A stretch of DNA of 64,000 nucleotides from Antedon mediterranea (GCF_964355755.1 NC_092670.1:13440795-13504794), one strand, 5' to 3'. Positions 48,017-61,760 are shown, counted from the first letter of the stretch. Notes: generated by a model not told the origin, from the letters alone. Made by a program: numbers and translations.

Positions 48017-51000
48017 ATGACCAATCACAATTGATGGATTATCTGCCGTGAATTATTGGGATTGGTCAGATGTAGCCTATTATCATATCTATATTACAGT
48101 TATTTACGTTACGTGTCAAGTCCTTGCGCTGTGCTCTAGAGTACCGAAAATCGGCTGGCCACGTTGCATCAAGATGATCTGTAATTACGGAAGCCTATTC
48201 GGGTCACTAGTTAATAATATTGACGTTAATATTGACCGCCAGCCACTACACGTTATCATAAGAGAACCAACGTTATTTGCCGTCACATTTCAACGCAAAC
48301 ATACTTGTTGACGCAATACAGACATATAATTAAGTGGCGGCCGCCATATGCTTAAGTGGTGGCGCCAGATAATCACGTGGCGGCTGCCAGGTAAGGGGCG
48401 GCCTCCACACACAGCTCTTAAAATATAATTGATTAGTGGCCCGAATGGGCTTTCGTATTTTTAATAACTCAGGATACGACATATTACGGTACCGTACGTT
48501 ATTATAATTGAATTGAAATAAATATATAAGTAATATGAATCACCGAGTCATTTGCATTCTTTAGTCCTATTTAACATAATGACTATAAATAATTAACCTA
48601 TAAACGTATAGGAAATATTGCGTTTCAATTTTATGGAAAACATCGGTTGAAAAGCTTACGGCGAGTCCGATTCGACCAATCAAAGTGCACATCAAACGCT
48701 ATTATTGGGTAGTAACTGAGAACTTTATTACACTTAATTGCAACTCTTTATACATCAATTTAATAGCTCTTGAGGATTATCAGCGACGATAATTTGGACT
48801 TATGATACAGAAACTGTACAAAAAATCCATTTCTGGTCGCATAACGAATACGTGGAAACCATTCGGATACATTAATACTTAGGTATGTTATGTTTTGGTT
48901 ATAAATACAGTAATTACGGACAGTATTACATACGTCGATGTATAGTGTTTTGGTTGCAATGCATTGGATACGGTCGCCTATGTACCATTCTGTGTTTGTT
49001 TTATTCAATTTAATGAATTTTGTTCTCACTAGGACACAATACGAACTGTAGTTTGTGATTGGTTAATTGAGTTGCGCATACGACTTGTATAAATCTTGCT
49101 TCTCAATGAAACTTAACGCAGGGACGTAAGCGCAACGCAAGTAATTTGACCAATTACAACGCGTTGGATCACTAAAACCTTGTGGCTTGTAATTTGTCGT
49201 CATTGGGAATCAAATAATTTGTTTATAACGAAAGGTTAACACCCTATAGCGTAACATTCACGTAGTGAGTTACTTATCACCTTTAATACGTTCAAAAATT
49301 CATGTCAGACAGGCGGACATTTAAATTGATTATAATAACGTGATTCTCCTAAATAAAATGCTAACTGCTCCGACACCTATCATTACATGTCAAATGCACC
49401 TAGTATAACAAGACTTGACGGGCGTCAGACGGGATATCATAGGCTGACCGACCGTCAACGCACTACGTATACTACTAACTATAGGCCTATATCATCGCTT
49501 TTGCAGTAAGAAGCCTAGGCTAAAGGTGAAAAGTTAAAACTAAAAGTAAGCAAGACATTTCATTAGATAAACTTGGAAAGCAAACGTAAGACTAGAAGCA
49601 GGAGGTATAATGCCTTTACGCCGATGCCCTTTTGGTGCACATATTGTATTTTGGTTGCAAAATAATGCATGTAGCAAAGTCAATTAACTTCAATGCTCCG
49701 AGGTTGGAGGGTTATGCTTTGTTTTCTGGGAAAATTCATTTTATGTAATATGTATACACTCTTTATTATTCCAAAGTAGGACAATGCGCATGCGTAGAAG
49801 ATATCCAAAATAATTCACAAATAAAACACACCGGGGCGATGTCATAATGCCCGGTACATAGGTCGTTCAAGTAGAAGTACGAATGGTGAAGACTAAGCTA
49901 GTCCATCAGTGACAGAAATGTCATTAATATTTATATTTAAGTATTAATTTTAATATAAGTACATTGATTTATTTAAAAGTGTTTGGTTAAGCTGCATCTG
50001 TTTCTTTATTTCCCGTTAGATCCATCTAAGCCACATGGGTTGAACTTATCGAATTAAAGGAGGGATATAATCGCCTTTAGCGCCCTGGGTTGTTTTTGCA
50101 AGCATGGCCTACGGCGTTTCTAAGAGTTTAATCCAAACAATTTTCTGGAGACTTCACGGTTAAGGAACGTTCTTCCTACTGGGACACTACTTAGTTCATT
50201 ATTTTTTTGGAATTTGATATAATAAAGCATTTATTAGTATTACTGGTTCCCTGTCATTCGTAAGTAAACGTATAGTTGTAGGCCTATGTGCTTTGAGTAG
50301 AGAAATGTCTGTATTGTTCTGTCTGAACTGCTTACAGCAATGTTGCAATGGCGTATTTCTCATTCCATTCATCATTATGATTTCAAGTGAAATAAAACAA
50401 TTCCTTCAATAACTTTAGCTCTTGTCATTCGATTATACCAGTGTCTGTTATTGTAAATGAATTGTGTGTCTTGAGATCGGGAAGAGCGATACTTTTTCAT
50501 TTTCTTTTTCTCTGATCTGCTTTTGCAATCTTGGTAATGGCTTTCTCATAGGCTATAACCATTATAAATAAAACGATTACTTTCCTGTTATTCGTGAATG
50601 TTTTATGTGTTTATGTCGGGGTTAATGTACAAAGAAAATGTCTATTTTTAGAGCGATACCTTGTTATTTTTTTACTACCTTATACTATACTTTTATATAC
50701 AGAATCTTGTTAATCATAGGCCTATAACCCAATAAATGAAATAAGTTAATTAAAGCTGAAATCTACTTTTTGTCTTTAATTTTCTTGCAACAGTTTGATA
50801 ATTTAATTTGAACTATATTAATATTAATCACTCGTGTTAATTCTCTCCTTGTTAATTGATTTAGATAAATATATCTCTATATGCTCGTTTATATTATTAT
50901 AATTATGGATTAAAGCATTTTCTTAAGTACCGGAAAATATTAATCAAATATTCCAATAAATATACATTTAGCACAATGTATTTATAATTATTTTAAAAAT

Positions 51001-51951
51001 TATTAAATTAAATTGTTTTGAATTTTTTATTACACTTACACACGCGGCTAGAAAGAAAGAAAGGAAGTATGTTGCCCAAGAATCGTCTAGATTACTGACT
51101 AAATCTCTATAAATGTGGTTAGCTATAAACCTTAAAATATTGTATTTTAATTTATGATTAACATATGATGATAAAAAAAAAGGTTTTGTTTATATTTATT
51201 AATTTTATTGAAAGGGAACAAGTTGAAATCGTAAATTATTGCCAACATAAATATAGATGACAGAACAGTTATATATATTAGGCCTATATAATTGTACCGT
51301 AATAATTGAATTAAAAATAGAAAAAAAGAAAAAAAAAATCTGTTGAATTAAAACTTAAAATAATGTTTATCACATTAAAAACGTCATGAATATTAATTAC
51401 ACATGTGTTCCAACATTGAGACATTATGAAAAACGTATCAAAAATAATTATTTGTGGGTGTAAGATAAAGGTAACTATGGATAATTATTTCTCCATGAGG
51501 TAAAAAAGGGTTCCCGCAAAAAATGACAAAACCCACTATTGAAATTGTAGGCCTAATACTTCTATGTTTACGTATAACACATTTAGAAACATCCAATTGA
51601 ACATAAGGTTAGTGATAATGAAATTTGACTTGGTTCTTGTCAACCAAAACTTTAGCAATTCCCAAAATGCTAATAAAACTTGTAATACATTGTCGGAAAT
51701 AGGTTTTTAGTAATGAAATATAAAAGATCGGCTATGGTCTGTCTATTTTTACAACATGAACAAAAATACGTTTTAAATTAACTCTATTTTATTCTAGATT
51801 TTATATAAATTAAGTTTTGTATAGTGTGCGCCCACGTGTGTGTAAAAATGTTATTAGACGATGTGAAAGGGTGAAACGGACAGTAAAAAATATATTTTAT
51901 TAAAAAAAAACAGGCCTATAGCTATAATAAATCAAATATGATCAGTCTTAA

Positions 51952-52518
51952 AGGTCAGATGCGGGGCAAAAAATCATACATTGCAATATCGATCTATACC
52001 GTAGTTTCCCGTATGTTTATGTAATATAACTTCTACAGATTTGTATTTTTATGCTATAGCAACAATTTTTATTAATTCTTTTATTTTATTTCACATACAT
52101 CCAACAGCGATATCGCCAATTACAGGATGCCTTAAAGACTCGCATAAATATATAAGATTAATATAATATATAACAACTTACATCAAAGTTAACGATCAGA
52201 AAATCACAGTTAAACAGTTAAATAGCATAAACTACCTTAATTTTGAAGATGGAAAAATTGTTGTAGAAAATTATCTACTGTATAGGCCTACCCACCATGA
52301 CATGTTATTACATTGGTTAAGCTACCTATAACTACTGAAAAAAGGGTATGTCTTGTTTATATAGCAGCATTTTGCCAAATTGTGTTGGCCTATTTGACAA
52401 TTTTAAGGGAAATTTAAAACTAATTAAAACTTTTTTGTTATGATTTGTGTTACACATATTTTATTTAAGTACACTTAACTAAATTATTATATTTACTATT
52501 CATACCCGTACCTGAGCT
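51952..52518. mobile_element. TTAA-flanked non-autonomous DNA transposon
   Basis: TTAA|AGGTCAGATGCGGG...CCCGTACCTGAGCT|TTAA; inverted homolog at 59725-60315. Confidence 0.75.
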
Positions 52519-52889
52519 TTAAATATCTAAATTAAGCTTAAGTAAGATACCGGCAATTAGTTATAAAGCTAAATTGTATTAACTAGAGAATATATATTTA
52601 TTACTATGCGACCTTTGTAACACAAACTAACATCTAACTCTATTTACAGGCGTCTAATTCATTAACAGACAACTTTTATAAATTAAAGGCCATCCGGGTC
52701 AAAATAAATTATACGTTTCTTGACGTCATAATAATCCATTAGATGAAACGTAATGATCTGAATAGTTTCTGTATTTACTCCATCACGCGGTAATTTACGG
52801 ATTTCTCAAATAAAAATATTTTGATATTGTATGCACGGTTCCAATGACTCAAAGATTTTAAGTAATAATGTGCTGTCAAGTTAAACGTT

Positions 52890-53175
52890 ATATAATAATA
52901 ATATAATATAATAATAATATATACGAATTTGTAAAGCGCCAATTCCAGCAACAATTAGTGATCAAAGGCGCTGTGGACTTAGTAGGGTCTTCACATCGTT
53001 TCTTCGGCAGCCAACTACAGCGCTATATTACGTCTGTCCACGACAGTGTGTATGTATGAACTAGTACACCGCGGTAACCCCCTACTCGTCTCGAAAGATG
53101 TACTAGGTTCTTTAAAGTGCACATGAGCCAGATGTACACTGGACCTACGGTTTATAGTCGTTATCCGAAAAGACA
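52890..53175 (-). mobile_element. 5'-truncated Deu-domain SINE (DeuSINE) with L2-type tail
   Basis: Reverse complement GTCTTTTCGGATAACGACTATAAACCGTAGGTCC...TTAAAGAACC...TCGAGACGAGTAGGGGGTTACCGCGGTG resembles the Deu domain of AmnSINE1/SINE3; ends agcgcctttga...ggcgctttacaaat plus (TA/TTA)n. Confidence 0.75.
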
Positions 53176-54277
53176 TACTTCTACCAAGTAAAGATATAGA
53201 AATACTATAAATAACGGGCCGAACAAAATCGATTTGGTTTGATTTATTTCAATTTCGACAAAACAAAAAAATAGGCAGAAATACAAACTTTAAGCAAATT
53301 ATAAACAAAATTAAACAGTATCAAATATCATGTAAAATTGCCGCTGATTAAGCTATTCGGTACGCTTTAAATGAGAGTCCTGAGACTTTGAAACTTTATA
53401 CAGATACAATGTAAACATTCATGAACAGAACGTAGAAATATATAAAGAAAAATATCGTTATTTTTTGTTTAAATGACAGCGATTTTTAAAGATTTTTTAT
53501 TTTCTCCTTAAAATTGTTTAAATATGCCTACTAACATTTTTCAGCTAGCTGCTGTTCCATTCATTTTTAGAGTGAAGTTTTCCATATCGCATTAAAACAG
53601 TTTTTTATCTGCATGCTTACTCTATTATGGGAGTAAAACATATCCAGGGAGTGATGAATGAAAGTGTTAAAGTATAGCCGGATGGTTCCACGAGTCGGGT
53701 TCACAAGTGATTAAAGAAGAGTCTGCACTATAATAGGTCGCAAGTATAAAGATTGGTTCCCACTTGGACGCAATGCAAGGATGTAAACTCTCTGCAAGTA
53801 GTAATTAGACCAGTCACGACGCATGAGATGCACGAAAACTGTCCCCTTTTTTTTTTTATTGCGTCGAGTGCTACGTCGTTGCGTTGCATCTAGTGGGAAC
53901 CGAGCCTGTTTAGATTTTTTTAAATTTTATTGCCAACAAAAAAAACAACATAAATAGGCCTATATCATTGACAAAAGGTGATAAGATTTAGTTAAAAGAA
54001 ACTAATCAAAGCTTAACACCAACTTGCATAAGAAATAGAATAATTAATCATAATATGAAGAAAACGAAGATAAATGTTAAACTTTAAGTTACGATAACTA
54101 TAAATAAATAGCAATACAAATTTAAAATGTGATAAACTAAAACTATTAATATAATAGAGTCGTTAGATACCGTACATATAGCTGTTTCAATAAAATGTTT
54201 GTTGAAATGTTATACAGTTTTATTACAACCCTCGAGATTGGTTGACATTTCGTATCCCGTGTCGTTAGTGCGATCTG

Positions 54278-54362
54278 CTTTTTTACATGCTTTACGGTGA
54301 GGTTTTTTTACATGATACGGTCGTTTTTTTACATGCTACGGTCCGTGTTTTACATACGGTAC
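54278..54362. repeat. Short tandem repeat, TTTTTACATGCTACGGT-like x4
   Basis: Four imperfect units of about 22 bp. Confidence 0.7.
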
Positions 54363-57300
54363 AGTTATAGAATGGCTCTGTTGAAATGTTTGTGCCACAC
54401 GACAGGTCGATGAATATTAATACTTCACCTTAAACCAACATGTTATAGAGTGCGCTATCTCACTTGCTTCGATCTGGACCAACAACTTTTTTGCCGCTTA
54501 GTTTTTGACGTCCGATTTACATACATGTAAGCGGCATGTTCTGTATTAATTTCTTAGAACATTGATGTGTTAATAAAATGAATAAACACATAATAATGAA
54601 TGTTTTGTGTTCGTTCAATGGAGAGATTTGACTGCCGGCTTCATGTCATTGAAGAGAACAATCGTTCGACCTGTGGGATTATTCTCGCCATTTGAAACTA
54701 AAAATTCTAAAGTAGCCTTTGCGAATGACGAACGCGAACGGAGTAGACGCAATGAGAGACCTAATTTGTTGTACAGTTTCAACAATGTTATCATGGAATT
54801 CACAATTATAAACCAATCAAGTCCCGCATCCCAATATCTTCTTGATATAACCTTTAGGCTAATTAGAATATTTTTGGATTTTATCAACAATCTTTCTCTA
54901 ACATGTTATGAGCAAACATCTTATTTTGAGTTACCGAGTTCACCAGTATTATAGATGAAGTATGACTTATCATGATGTACACCCACCTGTTTCTAACACC
55001 ACCATTATAATATGTACTTAACGAAACATAATAACACGTATTTGATTACACAATTTAACAGTTTAATAGAAAATCAAATGAAAACACTGGAATGTGATAC
55101 TACTGAATAAACATTGAACGAGATGGATCTCAGAATATTGAGAACCGGTTGATTGTAATGCATTTTTTTTAAATATAAAGTTTTCAAGCAACGATATTCA
55201 CATTCTAAATTGGAATTATTAAAAGTATCTTCAATATGTTCTTCTATATCTATTTGATTATCTTACAATATTTTTGACATAATATAGGCTTTCTATCAAG
55301 ACGAAACCGATTTCAAAATGTTCCGTAAAAATGCGGCTGCTCTCTGCGGCGGCGCGTCATTGCGTCGTGCATATCAATTGAAAACTAAGAAAAAATCGAT
55401 GTAAAAATGAATCACGATAGGCTTATAATAAATTGAGAAGTCTGTTTTACTTTCGAAGCAAACTCAAATATCTTCCCTATCATATTACTTTTGTTGACAA
55501 TACACATTTTCAGTTTACTTTAAGTTGCAATAATTTCATTTTTATATTGCTGCATTTTAAATGATTGATATGATCAGTAGGCAAAAAAAAAGAAGATCAT
55601 AGCAATGGCATGGTTCCACAAAGAACATTTTGGAAAATAATGATATCGCTAACTTTGGTAGGTAAATAACCTGGATAACCATTTTAGTGATTACCTCCAG
55701 CGCAACCAACACCGTTGTTTCGATTAAAAAAGACGCGCGCGTAAACTTATATTACATACGTTGGCGCATCTACAATATGATAACCACGTTATTGAGTTTG
55801 TACCCGCGCGTAAACAACTTGCTTGTTATTCCAGACTAAATATTTTACTATTTTACAATTTATGATGAACATTAGTGTTGAACAAAGCATTTACACATAG
55901 ATCTAATTCAAAAGTACGGTACGAGATATTTATGGATTAAAAATATTAAGATTGAATACCGTCTATGGCATTGACCCCAGAAGCAAGGGTAGCACCCAGT
56001 AATTCAATTTATACCTATTTCGTGAATAACTTCTACAAATTATCCTAATCTAATTTACTCGCTATTCAGTGGCTACGTTAATAAATACGATAGAAATAAT
56101 TGGCTTGATATCAGATGACCATGCTAAATTAACTCTTAAAAACGCTCTCATCTCGTCTTTCTTTCGCCGTATATACATTTAGATTACTTATAACGCTACA
56201 ATTAATAGGAATTTAATACGTATTGATACGTTTTAACTGACCATTTTAAAATCCGTCTTAAGACTGGAAGGAACTGTTAGAGTCTCTTGCTGACATTGGG
56301 AGGAATTGCCTTTGATTTCATCTCGATTTTTACTTTACTAAAATAACAGGCGGTAAGTTTGATTTTCTTTTCTTTGGTGTATAGTCAATGTGAAACGGGG
56401 CTTTCATTCGCTGGTAATTTGCAGCGACCGTAAACCAATTTATTTTTCAATTTTTTATTTGCGAACCAGGACCACTCTTTTACAATTATTAGACATACAT
56501 GTTTTTCAAATTGCAGAACTTGTCCTCGTAAAATAATAATTATTCTAAATAGTTTTGAAAATATTGCAAATAAACCTGAAAAACAATACACATTTTTTTC
56601 ATATTCACAAAATTGTTTGTGTTGCGCTTCTTTTGCTCGAAATAATCTATCTTCTGAATAGTTAGCTCAACAAACACAGGTGATGTAAGTGAAATTGATC
56701 CCTTTATTCCCACATTATTATGCAAATATCTATATTAAGAATAATATATGTTTTCGTTGTGACTGTTGACTTGTCACACCTGGCGGCAACTTCAAATACA
56801 GGTTTACAGCGTTCGATTAACAGTCTCGTGTGTCTAATGATGTTTGCTGTTTATGCTCCGATTCTTTCAGGTCATGTGCTTTTATTTCGATCTAATGACA
56901 CATGTACAGTAGGTCTAAATAGTGTTTTAGTTACAAATCGTGGATACTATTTCAACTGCGACAGTGGGATTGTGCCATGTGATACACCATGCCTACAAGT
57001 TATGTTAACACATAGTGGGAGTGTACGTTAATTAAAACAATACTTACCGTTTCTCATATTTTTTTACTATGATATTCTTAGAATCTTTAGTTTCCTCGAA
57101 TATTTAAAATTACAGGTTGGGTAATTCCATTTAGGAGTTAAGTGTATGCTTTTCGCGGGTTTGATTCAATCTTATCACTTTAAACAATGCGCACTGCTAG
57201 TTTTAGTTGTTTGAGTGAGATTACAGGTAAGTGAATCATTTTCATATTGCACTACGACATATCCATATAGATGATGTTTCCTCGGTAATATTAGCATTGT

Positions 57301-58190
57301 CGTTTGTGACAGTCGTCTGCTATACTATAGTGGAAGGTAATACTGCAATTCGGTGAAAGATAAAAACTCGGCGAATGCATAACTTGATTTCATTAAAGAT
57401 GAGACATTAGCTCGTGTTTTATTTAACAAAATTTAGGCCTATACTCATGTATTTCACAATCAGCTAAAAAAAAAACATATTTTACTTTGTTGTTCTGTTT
57501 TTCTTATTTGTATTGCAATGATTTACCAATTGATATAAATATCGTAGCCTTTAAATAAACGTTTACCTGTTCCAAATATTAGTAAATAATTATAAAATTT
57601 AGATATTATTTTTTCTTGAAATCTATACCTTTTACATTGCTTCGTGTAAGATTAATACAAATCTACGTCATCAGAATATTCCATCTATCTTTTTACCGCT
57701 AAATTATACAATTTCTGCATAATGATATGAACAATTAAGAGCTTTCATACCCTCAAGACTTGATGGGATTAAATCAGTTTCTTACTATTACAAGTCTTGA
57801 CATTATTTATAAACAACCTGATGATCTTTCATTTTACATGTCCATTTTTTCTGACACGAATGACGTCACGTGCATTGAACTAATGGATCCTGGTAAACAT
57901 CTTTAATAAGTGGCATGCATATACTAATTGTAATACAGTTGGTTGTAAAATATGGAAATGCAGACATTTCACACGACGTGCAATCGTTACCACCGGTGTG
58001 TTGTCTTTCTCGCCGCCCTGAATATTATCAAAATTCAAACGCCATATTCTTGGTTCCTATAACTCCTTGGACGCGACGCAAGTGAGTTTACAAACCGAGC
58101 GACAGTTCGAATAATCCGTCACGTCATGGTTGGTCAAATTAATGTGGTGTATTTGTACGCCACTGCGCTGCGCGTCCAAAAAAGAGGTAA

Positions 58191-58461
58191 TGGCCCGGTC
58201 AAACCTTGACGATTTAGGCAACGTATCCTTGACGTATGAAAATTAATAGGCATACACTGGCGTACGTCGAGTACGCTAAACATTCGTACCGTATACGTTA
58301 AGAGCACGCTAGCATACGTCAATACGCCAAGTAGGCCTACGCCAAGGAATGTTGTGCATGCACATGTAACAAATAGAAAATGCCAGCGTATGCCAGCGTT
58401 TTAGAGAAGCTTTAAAACGTTGGGGATTCGCTGTCTAAATCGTCAAGGTGTGACAGGGCCT
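58191..58461. mobile_element. PIF/Harbinger-type MITE
   Basis: TIR GGCCCGGTCAAACCTTGACGATTTAG / CTAAATCGTCAAGGTGTGACAGGGCC; TSD TAA. Confidence 0.82.
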
Positions 58462-59445
58462 TAACTAAAGCTTCACGTGTCACTTGCGATGACTAGTTTG
58501 TACTCGGCTATTTTAACAAATGTCTACGCCCAAGTTGAAAGGTGGGCTTTCTTGACACGGAATTTAACTGATCTAAATTAGGTGCTCCGATATAACGTAA
58601 CTGACATAAACTTACTCAAACGCGTACGAAATAACCGCAGTTCAGTAGAGTTGTGCTGATTTTCTTGATGATGATATTTTGTAGGAGGGCTGCCGCTTTA
58701 TATCTATTTGTTACAATTTGTTTTTCTTATTGTTTTTTCTAACGAACCTTTTTGTTAGAATTTGGTTAAGTTAATAAAGGGTACATGCAGTGATTTGATT
58801 TCGATAAACGCCTTAATAACAGTACAATTGGTGTTTCGAATTAAGATCAGACTCTTTTCTTAGACCGGCGTATTGCACATGCGTACAGTTTATGTTCGCT
58901 TCCCGTTGAATTGTTTAATTATCAACTCGTCACGTTACTACATGTTATATATACAAATTGAAAAATCGATTATGACAGAAACTTTTTATATTGATGAAAT
59001 ATTTTCTACAAATTTATAATATCTAGAATATTTTTTTGATTATCTATGTCTGCCGAACTAAATTTAATCAAGGAAGAAATCCGATGCAATATGAATGACG
59101 TCTGCTTGGCTTAAAATATAGAATGGTACTAATAAAACTTAAACAGAACTGCGTTACATTGATATTTGATACTATGCCTTAAGCTGTGTATTTGTAAGGA
59201 TTCAACGTATCTATATTTAATATCATTACTATATTGTAATATAATTTTTAAGGATTTTTATGCGTTTCAGTTTATGTGTAAGTATTTTATAGCACTCTGT
59301 TTTGTAATAAACTAACAAGATTGTATTTTCTAAAAATAGTTAAGTAGATATGAATTCCCATAAGATGTTTAAAACACGATGCATAAAGATGCATAACAAG
59401 TGAGGTAGCAATGTTTTAACATGTTATTGCAACCTAACCTATTAA

Positions 59446-59720
59446 AGATATATTGTCCCCCGAAAAAAGTATGTTTTTATTTATTTTTTTTTAATATGCC
59501 ATTTAATATAAAATAATAATTTTCCTGAAAAAATGTAATTAGAACAAAAAATACCTAAATTGTCAGACAATGGTCTTTTGTTAAAATTAACCGTCTTTTT
59601 ATAAGTGAAATAATTATTTTTCTACAGAAGTGAATAACTTTATTAAAACTGCAAAATGACTTATTCAAAATCTGATTTTATTAATCTTTATTTTTCATCT
59701 TTTTGGGGGAAAATACATCT
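59446..59720. mobile_element. TTAA MITE (same TIR family as 6056-6576)
   Basis: TTAA|AGATATATTGTCCCCC...GGGGGAAAATACATCT|TTAA. Confidence 0.78.
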
Positions 59721-59724
59721 TTAA

Positions 59725-60315
59725 AGCTCAGGTACAGGCATACATTTTAAATATAATATCTGGTAAATTGTACATAAATCAAATATTTGTAACAGAAATC
59801 AAGACGAAAAAACATGAATTTCCCCTAATATGGTCAAATACAAAATTTGGTAAAGTTCTGCCAAAAAAACTAGGAAGACCTTTTTTTCAGTAGTTAGGTA
59901 GTTAACATAATGTAATAACATGTCTGGTGACTCCCTAGAAGGTGAAAAAAGATAGTGGATTTACGGTGGATAATTTTTGCTATAGCATGAAAATAAAATT
60001 CTGAAGTTGAATAAAAATACCAGAAATGTAAAATTCAAGTTATATTACCTATATTTAGTCATCTGATAACATTTTTTACCACACCATTTATTTTTCATAG
60101 CTTTTTTAAATGCCTCTCTATTTTCAAAATTTGTGTACAAAAGAATAGAGATTTTACTGTGTAATTTGAACTATCCACTGATAAGATAGTGCTAATTTTC
60201 AAAAAGCTTGTGTAACACAAATAAAATCCCAAAAATTATGAAACATAGGGGAAACTATAGATCGACAATTATTGGAATGTATGATCAATAGAAATTTTTT
60301 GCCCGCACCTGGCCT
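59725..60315. mobile_element. TTAA-flanked non-autonomous DNA transposon (homolog of 51952-52518)
   Basis: TTAA|AGCTCAGGTACAGGCA...TGCCCGCACCTGGCCT|TTAA; internal tgctatagca and aaacata.gggaaacta segments shared in inverted orientation. Confidence 0.75.
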
Positions 60316-60707
60316 TTAAAGTAATGTGACATTATACTGAAGAGGGCGCAATTAGTGTCGTAATTTACTTCCGCTTCGCATCCATAACAGCCGCCAACGA
60401 AATCAACCGTCACAATTTTAAAATCCAATTTTAACCATTTAATTCCTATTAATAATCAACTTAACCTAATAATTGAAAAACAACTCAACAACTTTCGCGC
60501 ACAACAAAAACCGAATTGGCCTTAAACGATTAATATCCTCCCCAATTTTGTAATAATTTATACAAAATAGACGGAAATAAACCATAAATCAATACATCTA
60601 CGATTTGTTTAGAGTCAGTTAATACATCTTCCTAATTGCAGAAGTAAATTGTTTAAGTTAATCCAATCGATTAATCATCAATCATTCGATTATCCTGCTT
60701 TAATTAT

Positions 60708-60812
60708 CAATCAGAATTTTTAACTTTTATACATTCATAATTTTTAACTTTTATACAATCAGGAATTTTTAACTTTTATATAATCAGAATTTCTAACTTT
60801 TACACAATCAGA
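60708..60812. repeat. Minisatellite, AATCAGAATTTTTAACTTTTATAC x4
   Basis: Four units of about 24 bp. Confidence 0.85.
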
Positions 60813-60924
60813 TTGTTCAGATAGCAATTGCATTTTTATAACACTTTTGTTAACATTTTATTATACCATATTTTTCTATGTATTTTTCTAAATTTGTTAA
60901 ATGTCGGTTTTATTGTATCGTTCA

Positions 60925-61060
60925 AGTTGACAGGGGCTGGTAAGCCCATCACAAGATGACAGTTTTATACTTTTGCTTTTCCGCTACTCCCCTGTTATAC
61001 TTATATGTTTGTTTTTTTGCTATGTAGAAAGATTGAAAATAAATAAATAATCAATCAATC
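60925..61060 (+). mobile_element. CR1/L2-type LINE 3' UTR remnant
   Basis: ACAGGGG...CCCCTGT stem followed by an (AATA)n/(AATC)n tail. Confidence 0.5.
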
Positions 61061-61562
61061 GAACGACTGTATCATATAAAAAGTAAAATTTAGTCACTGA
61101 ATCTAAAATATGTGAGCTGGGTTACTTATGAACAGTCCTATCGTTCTCATAACAAAGCAGCCCAATTCGGAACTCTGTTTAATAGGTTTTTGTGACACCC
61201 TATAATTGGTTAGGTTAACTATCTCCTCATCATTAATTATCTAGCTATTGCACCAGCTTTCTGTACACACACGCACTATAGTTAATCGCGATATAACTGA
61301 GTTAAACTAAATAGAATTACAACCGGCGTTGCCCGTGTCATTAAAGCTGTGTTCAAACACACTAGAGTTAATCTGAACCGAATCGTATCAGAGTTACAGC
61401 CGGCGTGACATACGTGCACGTGTGATCAGTTAACTCTATTATCCCGTTTCATTAAAGTTGTGTTTAAAAATACTAGATTGTGATCGGAGTTAACTTAATC
61501 TGATCCGATAGTTCGGCCTATAAGCGACGTAAATGCTCTGTGATCAGTCAACTCCTATATTA

Positions 61563-61760
61563 AGGGCCTGTCACACATATTCCAGCACGGTTCCGGTCCG
61601 TCGAATCGAACGACGCCAATGTTTCGTTTTCCCGACGCTCCATGCGGCTATGCGCCAATCGATATGCGCGTAGCCGCGTAAAAACGAAACATTGACGTTT
61701 GATTGGATTTTCTGGCGCCCGAACCGGAATCGTGTCGGAACAGCTGGTGGGAAAGGCCCT
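61563..61760. mobile_element. PIF/Harbinger-type palindromic MITE
   Basis: AGGGCCTGTCACAC / GTGGGAAAGGCCCT ends, TSD TTA, inner inverted caatgtttcgtttt / aaaacgaaacattg. Confidence 0.78.

Noticed and set aside
54607-55280. Overlapping ORFs, possible decayed transposase or LINE
   Set aside because: Stop-interrupted, and I recognised no RT, endonuclease or DDE motif.
59401-59422. let-7-like seed TGAGGTAG
   Set aside because: The remainder does not match let-7 and I saw no precursor hairpin.
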